Source: a virus. Taken from it: a DNA stretch of 39,727 bases. This document shows, piece by piece, positions 32,855-39,727 of this stretch (its first letter is position 1; every line of letters begins with the position of its first letter). The stretch is from the IMG/VR virus record IMGVR_UViG_3300045988_129909, positions 1 to 39,727 of that record; one strand, given 5' to 3'. The position numbers and the translations under genes were made by a program. The notes under the pieces were generated by a model, which ran no database searches, was not told the origin of the DNA, and was given only the letters and a program-made list of their open reading frames with translations.

Positions 32855-35111
32855 ACATTGCTATCACATCTACGCTATCGTCAAACGGGTTCTTTTGGAC
32901 ATAGGAAAAAGATGTTAGATATTTTAGAAATTTTCCCATTTCAGAACCTTGCGCATACATTCCAAATTCCGGAAATACAATGCACGATTTAATAGTCGCC
33001 TCATTATCATATATTTTATCTTCTTTATGCTTAAAGCTATATACTTCTGTAATATTACAATAATCTATACCTCTTTCGTAAAGCATACCACGCAATAGTG
33101 TGGCGAGGCTTGTATCAGTGTTGCGCTCTATGTGCAATCGCGTAATGTGGTGCTGCTCTATTTTACGAATTATAGTAGGATATATCTTTTCCATAGGTTT
33201 CATTTCAAATATACAGTCTTTAAGATAATGTTTGTCACCTATAGGCAAACAAATAGCCATTGCTATATAGTTTGCACCGGTACGCGCAGGGTCAAGCATA
33301 GCCCAACAGCTTTCCTCGTCTTTTTCTTCCTCAATATGTGGTATAGCCTTATATGTTAATAGATTATCATAGCTAAAAGCACAGCCCTCAATAGGCATAG
33401 GCTCTTGCATATCCATAGCCATAAAAGTATTATAGTCGGCAAGTCTGTCAGCTCGAGCTTCCTCTGTGGTGTATTTATGCGGATATGTGCTTTCGTCAGT
33501 GTCCCAATCAAGCTTAGGAACAGACACGAAAACCGCCTTATGCTGAGCATTAAACTTTGTGTATTTATTGATTTTACTCTGTTTAGCCGTATCACCACCA
33601 TATTTGCGCTTTATCGTAGACAAAAAGTCATAAATATGGTAGGTAGTGCCACTGAAAACCTCAAAACTGTTATTATCATCATATGTTCGTCTTTTCCATT
33701 GGTTTTGATACAGCTCTATATCTTTTTCGTGCATATTGATATTGCCCTTATCTTTCGACCGTGTAATATCATCGTAAAAGCGGTATTTGTATCGTCCGCC
33801 GTCTACTGAGGTGTCTTTATTCGCTAATAGGAACGATGTGCCTTTAATACTTCCGTGAATAAGCAAGCGTGCCACTTGATTATTGCCACCCTCACGCCGA
33901 ACATCAAATATTTTGTCCTTATCACCCTCAAATTGAGCATAATAAGGGAAAACCTTGGCATAATTAGGCTTGCACATATATTTTACCAATTTTGCGGACA
34001 TATCGGTTATCAATGAGGGGTTTCCGACTATTTTTAATACATCTGCGTTTATATCTATGCCAAATATATAGGATATTAGAACGGTATCGGCATAGCTATT
34101 ATGTGATACGATGCCATTTGCAATAAAATTGTGCGTTTCTTCGACTTCAATATCAACCATATCAGTTAAATCTTCGTCAAATTCTATGCTTTTTATTTTT
34201 TGCCATACAAAGTTATTTGAAAGAACCTCTTTAAGCAATCCCGTTTTTTCTAAAAATTCGTTAACTTCATCACCATAATTAAATGGCGGACAAATTTCAA
34301 AAAGGCAATCACTTAAAGCTATATCTTTACACATTTTATAACCTTTATCGGTATACAATCTATGTTCGGGGCTACAAACTATCGCTTTGCCATCATTAAG
34401 TTCAATTCTAACCTGTTTTTTCTCTGTATTCCATTTGTTTATTATTTGTCTTACGACAGCCTTATTTTCTTTCATAGAATACACAAAATCGCCAATATTA
34501 ACATCTTTGATAGGTTTATACCCCTGAATGGTTAAAATAGGCGTATCAGCTTTTAGGCACTTCCCATACCCGACCGGACATTGTTTTTCAAGGTATTTCA
34601 CTGTGCCGTCAAGCACCATTTTGTCGGCATAATACCAAAATCCCTTAAAACAATTAAGGTTATATTTCCATACCTTATCATTTTCAGGCATACCCCACTC
34701 CATATAAAGCGCAAAGTGTTCTATGTTGCGGAAAGCCGACAAAGCGTAGAAATTCTCATACAATTTGCCGTATTCGGTATAATTCTCTTGTAATTTCAGT
34801 AGCCGAGCCTTGTTTTCCTCTGTAAATTTCTCTTTTTTGAGTTTATCAGCCAAAACAGCCATTTTTTTCAGTTTATCGCGCAACGTAGGTAAAACAAATT
34901 TGCAGACATACTCAATATGCTTGCGGATTTCATCCTCGCCCTCGTTATCGCGCAACTGTGTCAAATAACCGTGTATCTGCGAGTGCATAGTGCGATATAA
35001 ATTATCGCTGACAGCTAAAACATACTCGTCACTGTCTAAATACTTTGCATTTTTGCGCATTTCGCTGAACGCAACGCAACTTTCACGAACAATCTCACCA
35101 ATATTATCCAT
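32781..35111 (-). CDS. terL: Terminase large subunit, interrupted by an in-frame mini-intein
   Basis: 776 aa with a GGAGGTG RBS. The Walker A motif CPVGYGK|...|SYADT is split by the intein. It lies immediately upstream of the portal. Confidence 0.85.
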   Translation of the reverse strand: MDNIGEIVRESCVAFSEMRKNAKYLDSDEYVLAVSDNLYRTMHSQIHGYLTQLRDNEGEDEIRKHIEYVCKFVLPTLRDKLKKMAVLADKLKKEKFTEENKARLLKLQENYTEYGKLYENFYALSAFRNIEHFALYMEWGMPENDKVWKYNLNCFKGFWYYADKMVLDGTVKYLEKQCPVGYGKCLKADTPILTIQGYKPIKDVNIGDFVYSMKENKAVVRQIINKWNTEKKQVRIELNDGKAIVCSPEHRLYTDKGYKMCKDIALSDCLFEICPPFNYGDEVNEFLEKTGLLKEVLSNNFVWQKIKSIEFDEDLTDMVDIEVEETHNFIANGIVSHNSYADTVLISYIFGIDINADVLKIVGNPSLITDMSAKLVKYMCKPNYAKVFPYYAQFEGDKDKIFDVRREGGNNQVARLLIHGSIKGTSFLLANKDTSVDGGRYKYRFYDDITRSKDKGNINMHEKDIELYQNQWKRRTYDDNNSFEVFSGTTYHIYDFLSTIKRKYGGDTAKQSKINKYTKFNAQHKAVFVSVPKLDWDTDESTYPHKYTTEEARADRLADYNTFMAMDMQEPMPIEGCAFSYDNLLTYKAIPHIEEEKDEESCWAMLDPARTGANYIAMAICLPIGDKHYLKDCIFEMKPMEKIYPTIIRKIEQHHITRLHIERNTDTSLATLLRGMLYERGIDYCNITEVYSFKHKEDKIYDNEATIKSCIVFPEFGMYAQGSEMGKFLKYLTSFSYVQKNPFDDSVDVIAMYAQKYLSFKKRQNSITILNRRRAN
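34098..34559 (-). mobile_element. Mini-intein (154 aa, Hint domain, no endonuclease domain) inserted in the terL P-loop
   Basis: It begins CLKADTPILTIQG (block A) and contains CSPEHRLYT (block B, TxxH-like) and VDIEVEETHNFIANGIVSHN|S (blocks F/G). The flanking exteins rejoin to GYGKS. Confidence 0.8.
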
Positions 35112-35137
35112 TCATAGCACCTCCGCCAGTTTTTATT

Positions 35138-35166
35138 ATTATAGCAAATAAGCCAAACAATTTCAA
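35138..35166 (-). promoter_or_regulatory. Promoter immediately upstream of terL
   Basis: The minus strand reads TTGAAA (35161-35166), a 17-nt spacer, then TATAAT (35138-35143). Confidence 0.5.
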
Positions 35167-35171
35167 GTGCA

Positions 35172-35218
35172 TAAAAAGCGACCGCCCAGCAGAGAGGTGT
35201 ACAACTGCCAAGCGGTCA
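35172..35218 (-). terminator. Minus-strand-specific intrinsic terminator between the NTP-PPase-like gene and terL
   Basis: A 13-bp stem forms between GACCGCTTGGCAG and CTGCTGGGCGGTC, with three G-U pairs that are valid only on the minus strand, followed by GCTTTTTA. Confidence 0.5.
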
Positions 35219-35279
35219 AAGAAAGGAGATAATGAAAACGTCTAAACAAAACTTAAAAAGCTTATCAGAGTTCAAATAC

Positions 35280-35308
35280 AATATACCATATATTTTCTCA
35301 TTTGTCAA
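35280..35308 (-). promoter_or_regulatory. Sigma70-type promoter
   Basis: The minus strand reads TTGACA (35303-35308), a 17-nt spacer, then TATATT (35280-35285). Confidence 0.45.
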
Positions 35309-35382
35309 TAGCAAAAAAGCAACAGCCATAATAGCCATTGCCTTTTCGCTTTATTTAAACCCAAAATTATTACTGTATAGCC

Positions 35383-35411
35383 ATTATATCATACCCATTA
35401 CTCTTTGTCAA
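35383..35411 (-). promoter_or_regulatory. Consensus promoter overlapping the 3' end of 35398..35685
   Basis: The minus strand reads TTGACA (35406-35411), a 17-nt spacer, then TATAAT (35383-35388). Confidence 0.45.
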
Positions 35412-35685
35412 GCTCTAATAAAAACGCAACATTACAAGCAATGTGATATAAGTGTGGCAGTCCGCTATCTTCATCAACCCCGTGTGGCTCTTTCAGCCAT
35501 TTGCATATATGCCGCATTAAAGCCGCCCTATATCGTTTAGGGTCAACATTCTTATAACTGCCCTCGCCATATTTTTTAGCACCGTGTGTCATAACAACGC
35601 CCACAGCCACTATTATCTCCGCAGGCACTAAGTCCAGTCTCGGCTTGCCACCGTCGTACTTTAATCCGTCTGTAACAACATCCAT
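35398..35685 (-). CDS. All-alpha NTP pyrophosphohydrolase-like protein (dATP/dGTP diphosphohydrolase N-terminal-domain type)
   Basis: LKYDGGKPRLDLVPAEII...HGAKKYGEGSYKNV...YRAALMRHICKWL...DEDSGLPHLYHIACNVAFLLE matches the K-D-x-GK-x-R...KY...RH...D-x-SG-x-H pattern I associate with this family. Confidence 0.55.
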   Translation of the reverse strand: MDVVTDGLKYDGGKPRLDLVPAEIIVAVGVVMTHGAKKYGEGSYKNVDPKRYRAALMRHICKWLKEPHGVDEDSGLPHLYHIACNVAFLLELDKE

Positions 35686-35729
35686 TATAATTCCACCTCT
35701 CTCAAATATCAGCCATAAGCCATACCGCC

Positions 35730-35759
35730 ATTATAGCACCCCACCCCCGCGCTTGTCAA
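35730..35759 (-). promoter_or_regulatory. Consensus promoter of the late (leftward) operon
   Basis: The minus strand reads TTGACA (35754-35759), an 18-nt GC-rich spacer, then TATAAT (35730-35735). TGCATAA-type repeats lie just upstream (35764-35801). Confidence 0.65.
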
Positions 35760-35837
35760 CCTTTGCATAAATTCTGCATTTTTATTCATTTTTTATGCAT
35801 AATCTTGCAATAAAACTCTTTCAAAAACTTTTAAAAT

Positions 35838-35931
35838 TAGGAGGGGTAACCCGACCCACGGCTGCCCTCTCGGAATAGGGTTCGGGGGTATGCTTGTACC
35901 GTGTAAAGCCTTATAAATAAAGGCTTTCACC
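35838..35931 (-). ncRNA. Candidate structured RNA / multi-hairpin element (orientation uncertain)
   Basis: This is a GC-rich island in AT-rich DNA. Stems form between 35850-35857 and 35878-35886, 35887-35890 and 35897-35900, and 35901-35910 and 35922-35930. On the minus strand the series ends in TTTTAAAAGTTTTT. Confidence 0.3.
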
Positions 35932-35985
35932 GTTACAAATACGAACGATAAAGAAACAAACACGCATTTTATAATATTTAAAGTA

Positions 35986-36009
35986 CACTTTATCACTTTA
36001 TCACTTTAG
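35986..36009. repeat. Three tandem 8-mers CACTTTAT/CACTTTAT/CACTTTAG
   Basis: Read directly from the sequence. GTACACTTTA recurs at about 36071. Confidence 0.85.
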
Positions 36010-36325
36010 CGTAATAAAGACGACAGTCTTACTTTCCTATTTAATTACCATTAAATTATATATTTATCTGTACACTTTAACAATTAAATACAGTAATTAT
36101 ATAGTTATGTGCTTTTAATAAGTATAAGCAATATATAAGTATATTATAATATGGTCTTGTGCTTATGCGTATGAGCTTATACAGACAATAACAATATAAT
36201 AACACGGTGCAGGGCTTACGGCTATTACAGAGCATTTCAGGGGCTTATATAATATTGTGGTATACTCTGCATATTATGAATGAATAGGCATATCAAAATA
36301 TTTATTTTCAAATTAAAAATTTTAC

Positions 36326-36354
36326 TTGACAAATATATTATACAGTGATATAAT
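36326..36354 (+). promoter_or_regulatory. Consensus promoter of the rightward accessory module
   Basis: The plus strand reads TTGACA (36326-36331), a 17-nt spacer, then TATAAT (36349-36354). Confidence 0.7.
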
Positions 36355-36385
36355 AAAGATAACGAAAGGAAAGGAGAAAAACAAG

Positions 36386-36502
36386 ATGAAAACGGAAGAT
36401 ATTAAAAATCTGTTGCACTTGGTTGTTGAACTTCTGAAACGGTGCGGAACGGTTGACGAAGCTATAAAAGCAATTTGCAACGCTTACGACATCCACGAAT
36501 AA
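36386..36502 (+). CDS. Candidate 38-aa protein
   Basis: AAGGAG lies 9 nt before the ATG. Peptide MKTEDIKNLLHLVVELLKRCGTVDEAIKAICNAYDIHE. Confidence 0.45.
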   Translation: MKTEDIKNLLHLVVELLKRCGTVDEAIKAICNAYDIHE

Positions 36503-36512
36503 CAAACGCCGA

Positions 36513-36545
36513 GCCGGGCGGCATAACCCGGCAGCCCTTCGGGCT
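36513..36545 (+). terminator. Tandem GC hairpins (possible attenuator) after the 38-aa ORF
   Basis: GCCGGG-N8-CCCGGC (36513-36532) and AGCCC-ttc-GGGCT (36533-36545). The U-tract is weak. Confidence 0.3.
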
Positions 36546-36577
36546 TGTTGATAAAATAATTAAAAGAGGTTTTAAAA

Positions 36578-37015
36578 ATGACTAACTACAATAAACAAGC
36601 GACAGATTTTTTAAAAGACTGTAACGCTACATTAGATATAATATATCTGGGGCGAAATGTAAACGAAAATTGGGAAGAAAAGCAAAAGCGTGACAATTAT
36701 ATTGTTAATATCGTAACGCCTCGCGGCAATATGCTGGTCAGGTTTTGGGATAGTTTAAACAATACTATTGAAAACATTAACCGAAAAGCGGGAGTACCAA
36801 GAAAAGAGCCATCAGCTTACAATATTCTCTCTTGTCTTACTACTTACGACGTGGGCGATATAAAGGATTTTATTTCAGAATATGGATTTGAAATAAAAAA
36901 GCGTGGCGATTTTACCCGTATCCAAAATATCTACAATGCGGTAAAAAAAGAATACGAAGATATTTGTCGGTGCTTTACTGAAGAGCAAATTAAAAAACTA
37001 CAAGAAATTGTTTGA
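36578..37015 (+). CDS. Hypothetical protein
   Basis: 145 aa with an AAGAGG RBS. It contains the conserved-looking motifs RFWDS and PSAYNILSCL. Confidence 0.7.
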   Translation: MTNYNKQATDFLKDCNATLDIIYLGRNVNENWEEKQKRDNYIVNIVTPRGNMLVRFWDSLNNTIENINRKAGVPRKEPSAYNILSCLTTYDVGDIKDFISEYGFEIKKRGDFTRIQNIYNAVKKEYEDICRCFTEEQIKKLQEIV

Positions 37016-37195
37016 GGTGTGGTATGCGCTTATTTAAAGATGAACAAAATCATCTCATCACAGAGCAGGAGTGGCAAAGAATAATTTTATTTTTATAGCA
37101 GAGTGGCGGCGGCTTTGGCTGCCGTTAATGCGGCAGGGCATACGGTCACAAGCCCCGAAAGCCCGAAAGCATAATTTGATATTGAGGTGTAAAAA

Positions 37196-38188
37196 ATGTA
37201 TAACGGTGAACAATTAGCGCAGGCGTTGACCGTCTTTGGTCTGCCCTGCGTTTTTAAAGAAACGAAACAAACTCCACGAAACACAATATATTATTTTGAT
37301 TTTACCGACTGGGGCAAAGTCACAGCGGGCAGGCGCAAAGCAGCGCTTGACCGCCTTTCACTATACGCTAAACATCAATTTAATTATATAGACAGTAATA
37401 TTTCACATTTTGCAATATATCACGCTGAAGATAATTATAGTATTGTCCCGCTTTTTGGGCTTGCCCTTCCTGATGATGATACCTATAAATTTATAGCAGG
37501 CATAAACGAGGACGGTGAACAAGTCAACATTTCATTAGATGAAATGACACACGCACTTATTGCAGGTACTACCGGCAGCGGTAAAAGCGTATTTTTAAAA
37601 AGCCTTTTATATTCTTTATTAACTACCAATAGCCCGAATAAGATAAAATGTGCTATTATAGATAAAAAGCGCAGTTTAAATTATTGGAGCAGGGCGGCGC
37701 ACTGTCTCAAAGTGGTAAATGATGATGTTTCGGCAATAGCTTTATTAAATACTTTTCAAAAAGAAATGTATAACAGATATGAAGAATTACAGCGGCGAGG
37801 GCTTGAAAAAAATATCGGGCTGTTTCCTAAATGGGTATTGATAATTGATGAACTGGCGGACTTAATGTTAACCGACCGCAAGTCAGAAATTGAAAGTAAA
37901 CTTGTTTCACTTTGTCAGCTCGGGCGCGCCGCTGGTATTCATTGCATATTATGCACCCAGTCGCCCCGAGTTTCCGTTGTCAGTGGTTTAATTCAAGCGA
38001 ACACCCCGACAAAGATTATATTTAAAACAGCGAACACGCGGGAAAGTGTATTGTGTTTAGGTCATTCGGGAGCGGAAAAGCTGCTCGGAAATGGTGACTG
38101 CCTTATAAAATTGCCCGACAGAGTAAAAGATATTAGAGTGCAAGCGCCGTTTGCAAGTGATGAAGACTTTAGAAACTGTATAGAATAG
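37196..38188 (+). CDS. FtsK/SpoIIIE-family DNA translocase-like ATPase
   Basis: Walker A IAGTTGSGKSVFLKSL and Walker B VLIIDELADLM, plus GRAAGIHCILCTQSP. 330 aa with a TAG stop. Confidence 0.8.
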   Translation: MYNGEQLAQALTVFGLPCVFKETKQTPRNTIYYFDFTDWGKVTAGRRKAALDRLSLYAKHQFNYIDSNISHFAIYHAEDNYSIVPLFGLALPDDDTYKFIAGINEDGEQVNISLDEMTHALIAGTTGSGKSVFLKSLLYSLLTTNSPNKIKCAIIDKKRSLNYWSRAAHCLKVVNDDVSAIALLNTFQKEMYNRYEELQRRGLEKNIGLFPKWVLIIDELADLMLTDRKSEIESKLVSLCQLGRAAGIHCILCTQSPRVSVVSGLIQANTPTKIIFKTANTRESVLCLGHSGAEKLLGNGDCLIKLPDRVKDIRVQAPFASDEDFRNCIE

Positions 38189-38199
38189 AGGTATAAAAA

Positions 38200-38316
38200 A
38201 TGATTTTTAGTGTTTTAGCTTATATTTTAATAGTCGGTATTGGCTGTATATTCTTTGAGTGTACGAAAACAGGGCAGAAAATAGCCGATAAAATCTATAA
38301 GAAAATAATAAAATAA
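38200..38316 (+). CDS. Candidate 38-aa membrane peptide
   Basis: MIFSVLAYILIVGIGCIFFECTKTGQKIADKIYKKIIK. It lies 11 nt after the ATPase stop and is followed by a terminator. Confidence 0.4.
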   Translation: MIFSVLAYILIVGIGCIFFECTKTGQKIADKIYKKIIK

Positions 38317-38324
38317 TGTTTTTG

Positions 38325-38354
38325 ACCGTCCGCAGCTCGTGGGCGGTTCTTTTT
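38325..38354 (+). terminator. Intrinsic terminator of the rightward module
   Basis: ACCGTCCGC-agctc-GTGGGCGGT followed by TCTTTTT. Confidence 0.65.
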
Positions 38355-38527
38355 ATGCCTATTTAAAACTATGCTCTAAAATGCTTTGTATTGCGTTTTA
38401 ATATTCACTTAAGTATTTATATTCCCAAATAATAAAAAAGCCGTACAGCCCCAAAAGAAACGATATTTTTAATATTCTAAAGCAAAAAGAAACTGCCGAA
38501 AGTGTTTTTAAACTCTCGACAGCCTTT

Positions 38528-38998
38528 TTATTGTTCCGATGTGGCTTGTAGTTCGGCTTGCAACCTCTCAAACACTGCTTGCCGGCTGATGTGGTGTCTT
38601 CTTGCTATTTCCGATATATCGCCCCATATCGCTTTGCCCTCTCTACGCATAAGAGCGGCTTTTTTTATTTCCTCGCATAGTTCCGCTTTCGGCGGTCGTG
38701 TTTTAATATTACAATAGGCATTTAAAGTATATCTCACATTATATCGGGATATATTTAATTTATGGGCTATCATATCCACATTATGCAGTCCACTTTCCCA
38801 CAAGGCTTTTATTTGCTCCTTGTTGGCGGTGCCGTCATCGCTTACCGCTCTGCCTCGCCTTATTGTTCCACCGTTCGCCTTTATTGTATTGACAACATAA
38901 TATCGCGATACTCCTACAATATTGGCGGTTCTCGTTACAGTATAGCCCTTATAATGGCATATCATAATATCGTCTATTTGGCTTTGCTTTAATTTCAT
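38528..38998 (-). CDS. DNA-binding protein with three HTH-like repeats
   Basis: The repeats are YTVTRTANIVGVSRYYVVNTI, VDMIAHKLNISRYNVRYTL and ISEIARRHHISRQAVFERL. Confidence 0.6.
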   Translation of the reverse strand: MKLKQSQIDDIMICHYKGYTVTRTANIVGVSRYYVVNTIKANGGTIRRGRAVSDDGTANKEQIKALWESGLHNVDMIAHKLNISRYNVRYTLNAYCNIKTRPPKAELCEEIKKAALMRREGKAIWGDISEIARRHHISRQAVFERLQAELQATSEQ

Positions 38999-39240
38999 TC
39001 GGTCATTGCTCCCGTTGGGTCTTCAATCCAGTAAATACCTATAACCGTATTTCGCCCATAACGATTTTTAACCACTTCATCACGGCGTTTTATTATATAT
39101 CCCTTGTTGCGTAAATGGTATATAATTCCGCTTAGCCTTGTTGCACCGTAAAGTTCTATTGCCTGCATTGATGTTAATTCTCTGCCTGATAATAAATGCT
39201 TTAATATGGCTTTTGTTTGCGTGTTGTCGCGTATCATCAT
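38995..39240 (-). CDS. Winged-helix DNA-binding protein (HTH_39-like)
   Basis: ELTSMQAIELYGATRLSGIIYHLRNKGYIIKRR is the pattern. Confidence 0.55.
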   Translation of the reverse strand: MMIRDNTQTKAILKHLLSGRELTSMQAIELYGATRLSGIIYHLRNKGYIIKRRDEVVKNRYGRNTVIGIYWIEDPTGAMTE

Positions 39241-39727
39241 TCTACCCCCTTTAATATTCTGCTTACCGTAGCTATGCTTATATTTAATATATTGGCTATA
39301 TCTCTGTAACTCTTGTGTTCAGTTTTCAAATTAAACACTTGCTGCCGAATTTCGTCCGATATTGTTTTCGGTCTGCCGAGTGTAACACCCTGTTGTTTTT
39401 TTCTTTGCAATGCGTTAGATGTATTATACCCTATTTGTCTTTTCAAAAATTCATCTTGTATAAAGAATTGAGATATAGTCATCCAAGTATACGGGTTCAT
39501 TTTTTCCCCGCCCTCTAATGTTATACCATTGCTCAAAAACTTTACAGTTGCTTTTTTCTGTTGTGTTATTAAATCAAGCATTTCAAAGCAATCAATATAA
39601 TTTCTGCCAAAGCGTGATGTTTCGGTAAGGCAAACAATGTCTGTCGGTTCAAGACATTCAAGCATTTTGTTAAACTGCTCACGCTGATTACCTTTAACGC
39701 CACCGCTGATATGTTCCTCAAAAATCA
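39237..39727 (-). CDS. Small serine recombinase, C-terminal part (continues from 1..186 through the circular junction)
   Basis: The frame is open to the window end. It contains the catalytic-domain core LTETSRFGRN and the C-terminal HTH SYRDIANILNISIATVSRILKG. Confidence 0.85.
   Translation of the reverse strand, partial: IFEEHISGGVKGNQREQFNKMLECLEPTDIVCLTETSRFGRNYIDCFEMLDLITQQKKATVKFLSNGITLEGGEKMNPYTWMTISQFFIQDEFLKRQIGYNTSNALQRKKQQGVTLGRPKTISDEIRQQVFNLKTEHKSYRDIANILNISIATVSRILKGVE

Noticed and set aside
35232-35540. Plus-strand 102-aa ORF with a strong AAAGGAGA RBS
   Set aside because: It runs antisense through 143 nt of the well-supported minus-strand gene 35398..35685. It has a low-complexity, non-protein-like sequence, and I found no plus-strand promoter. 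The RBS-like string is the complement of a minus-strand leader. It is kept only as a note under the terL regulatory finding.
35793-35996. Minus-strand 67-aa ORF in the divergent control region
   Set aside because: It has a GTG start without an RBS and an implausible peptide. It coincides with GC-rich hairpins and tandem repeats, so it is better explained as structured non-coding DNA or RNA.
1-39727. CRISPR arrays, rRNA/tRNA genes, transposase/IS elements, toxin-antitoxin pairs, integrase/attP
   Set aside because: I saw no repeat-spacer periodicity, no cloverleaf-compatible sequences, no DDE or IS-type ORFs, and no tyrosine or large-serine recombinase. The AbrB-like gene has no adjacent toxin-like partner that I can recognise.

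Overview
The window looks like one complete, circularly closed genome of about 39.65 kb. Bases 1-77 are identical to 39651-39727. It belongs to a siphovirus-type tailed dsDNA phage, and the Shine-Dalgarno style and protein families suggest a low-GC Gram-positive host. Almost all genes lie on the minus strand.

Reading the minus strand from high to low coordinates:
- A consensus promoter at 35730-35759 leads into a late operon: all-alpha NTP pyrophosphohydrolase-like gene, terminase large subunit carrying a mini-intein in its P-loop, portal, scaffold, free-standing GIY-YIG homing endonuclease, major capsid, head-tail connectors, major tail protein, G/GT chaperone with a U7 slippery site, tape measure, tail tip and fibre genes, and amidase/holin/XhlA lysis genes.
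- A nine-gene cassette of unknown function follows the lysis genes (16718-13828) and ends at a terminator.
- A ~600-bp non-coding, switch-like region follows (13110-13827).
- An early operon comes next: AbrB-like regulator, PD-(D/E)XK exonuclease, RecT, ERCC4 nuclease, SSB, replisome organiser, YopX, and a DNA-modification cluster (split Dcm, PAPS-reductase-like protein, ASCH protein, short methyltransferase-like protein), ending in a possible small terminase.
- Between the putative terS and terL sits a ~5-kb accessory island. It holds a small serine recombinase operon (the gene spans the window junction), a plus-strand module with an FtsK/SpoIIIE-type ATPase, and a repeat-rich AT-rich region.

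I recognised no tyrosine or large-serine integrase, no CI/Cro-like repressor, no tRNA and no CRISPR array.

Observations most worth follow-up:
- a single in-frame TAG splitting a tail-fibre gene
- the recombinase/FtsK island, which may be a phage-plasmid maintenance module
- the non-coding switch region with a small terminated plus-strand transcript and a structured stretch
- the DNA-modification cluster
- the unknown post-lysis cassette

All homology statements come from motif recognition by eye, not from searches.
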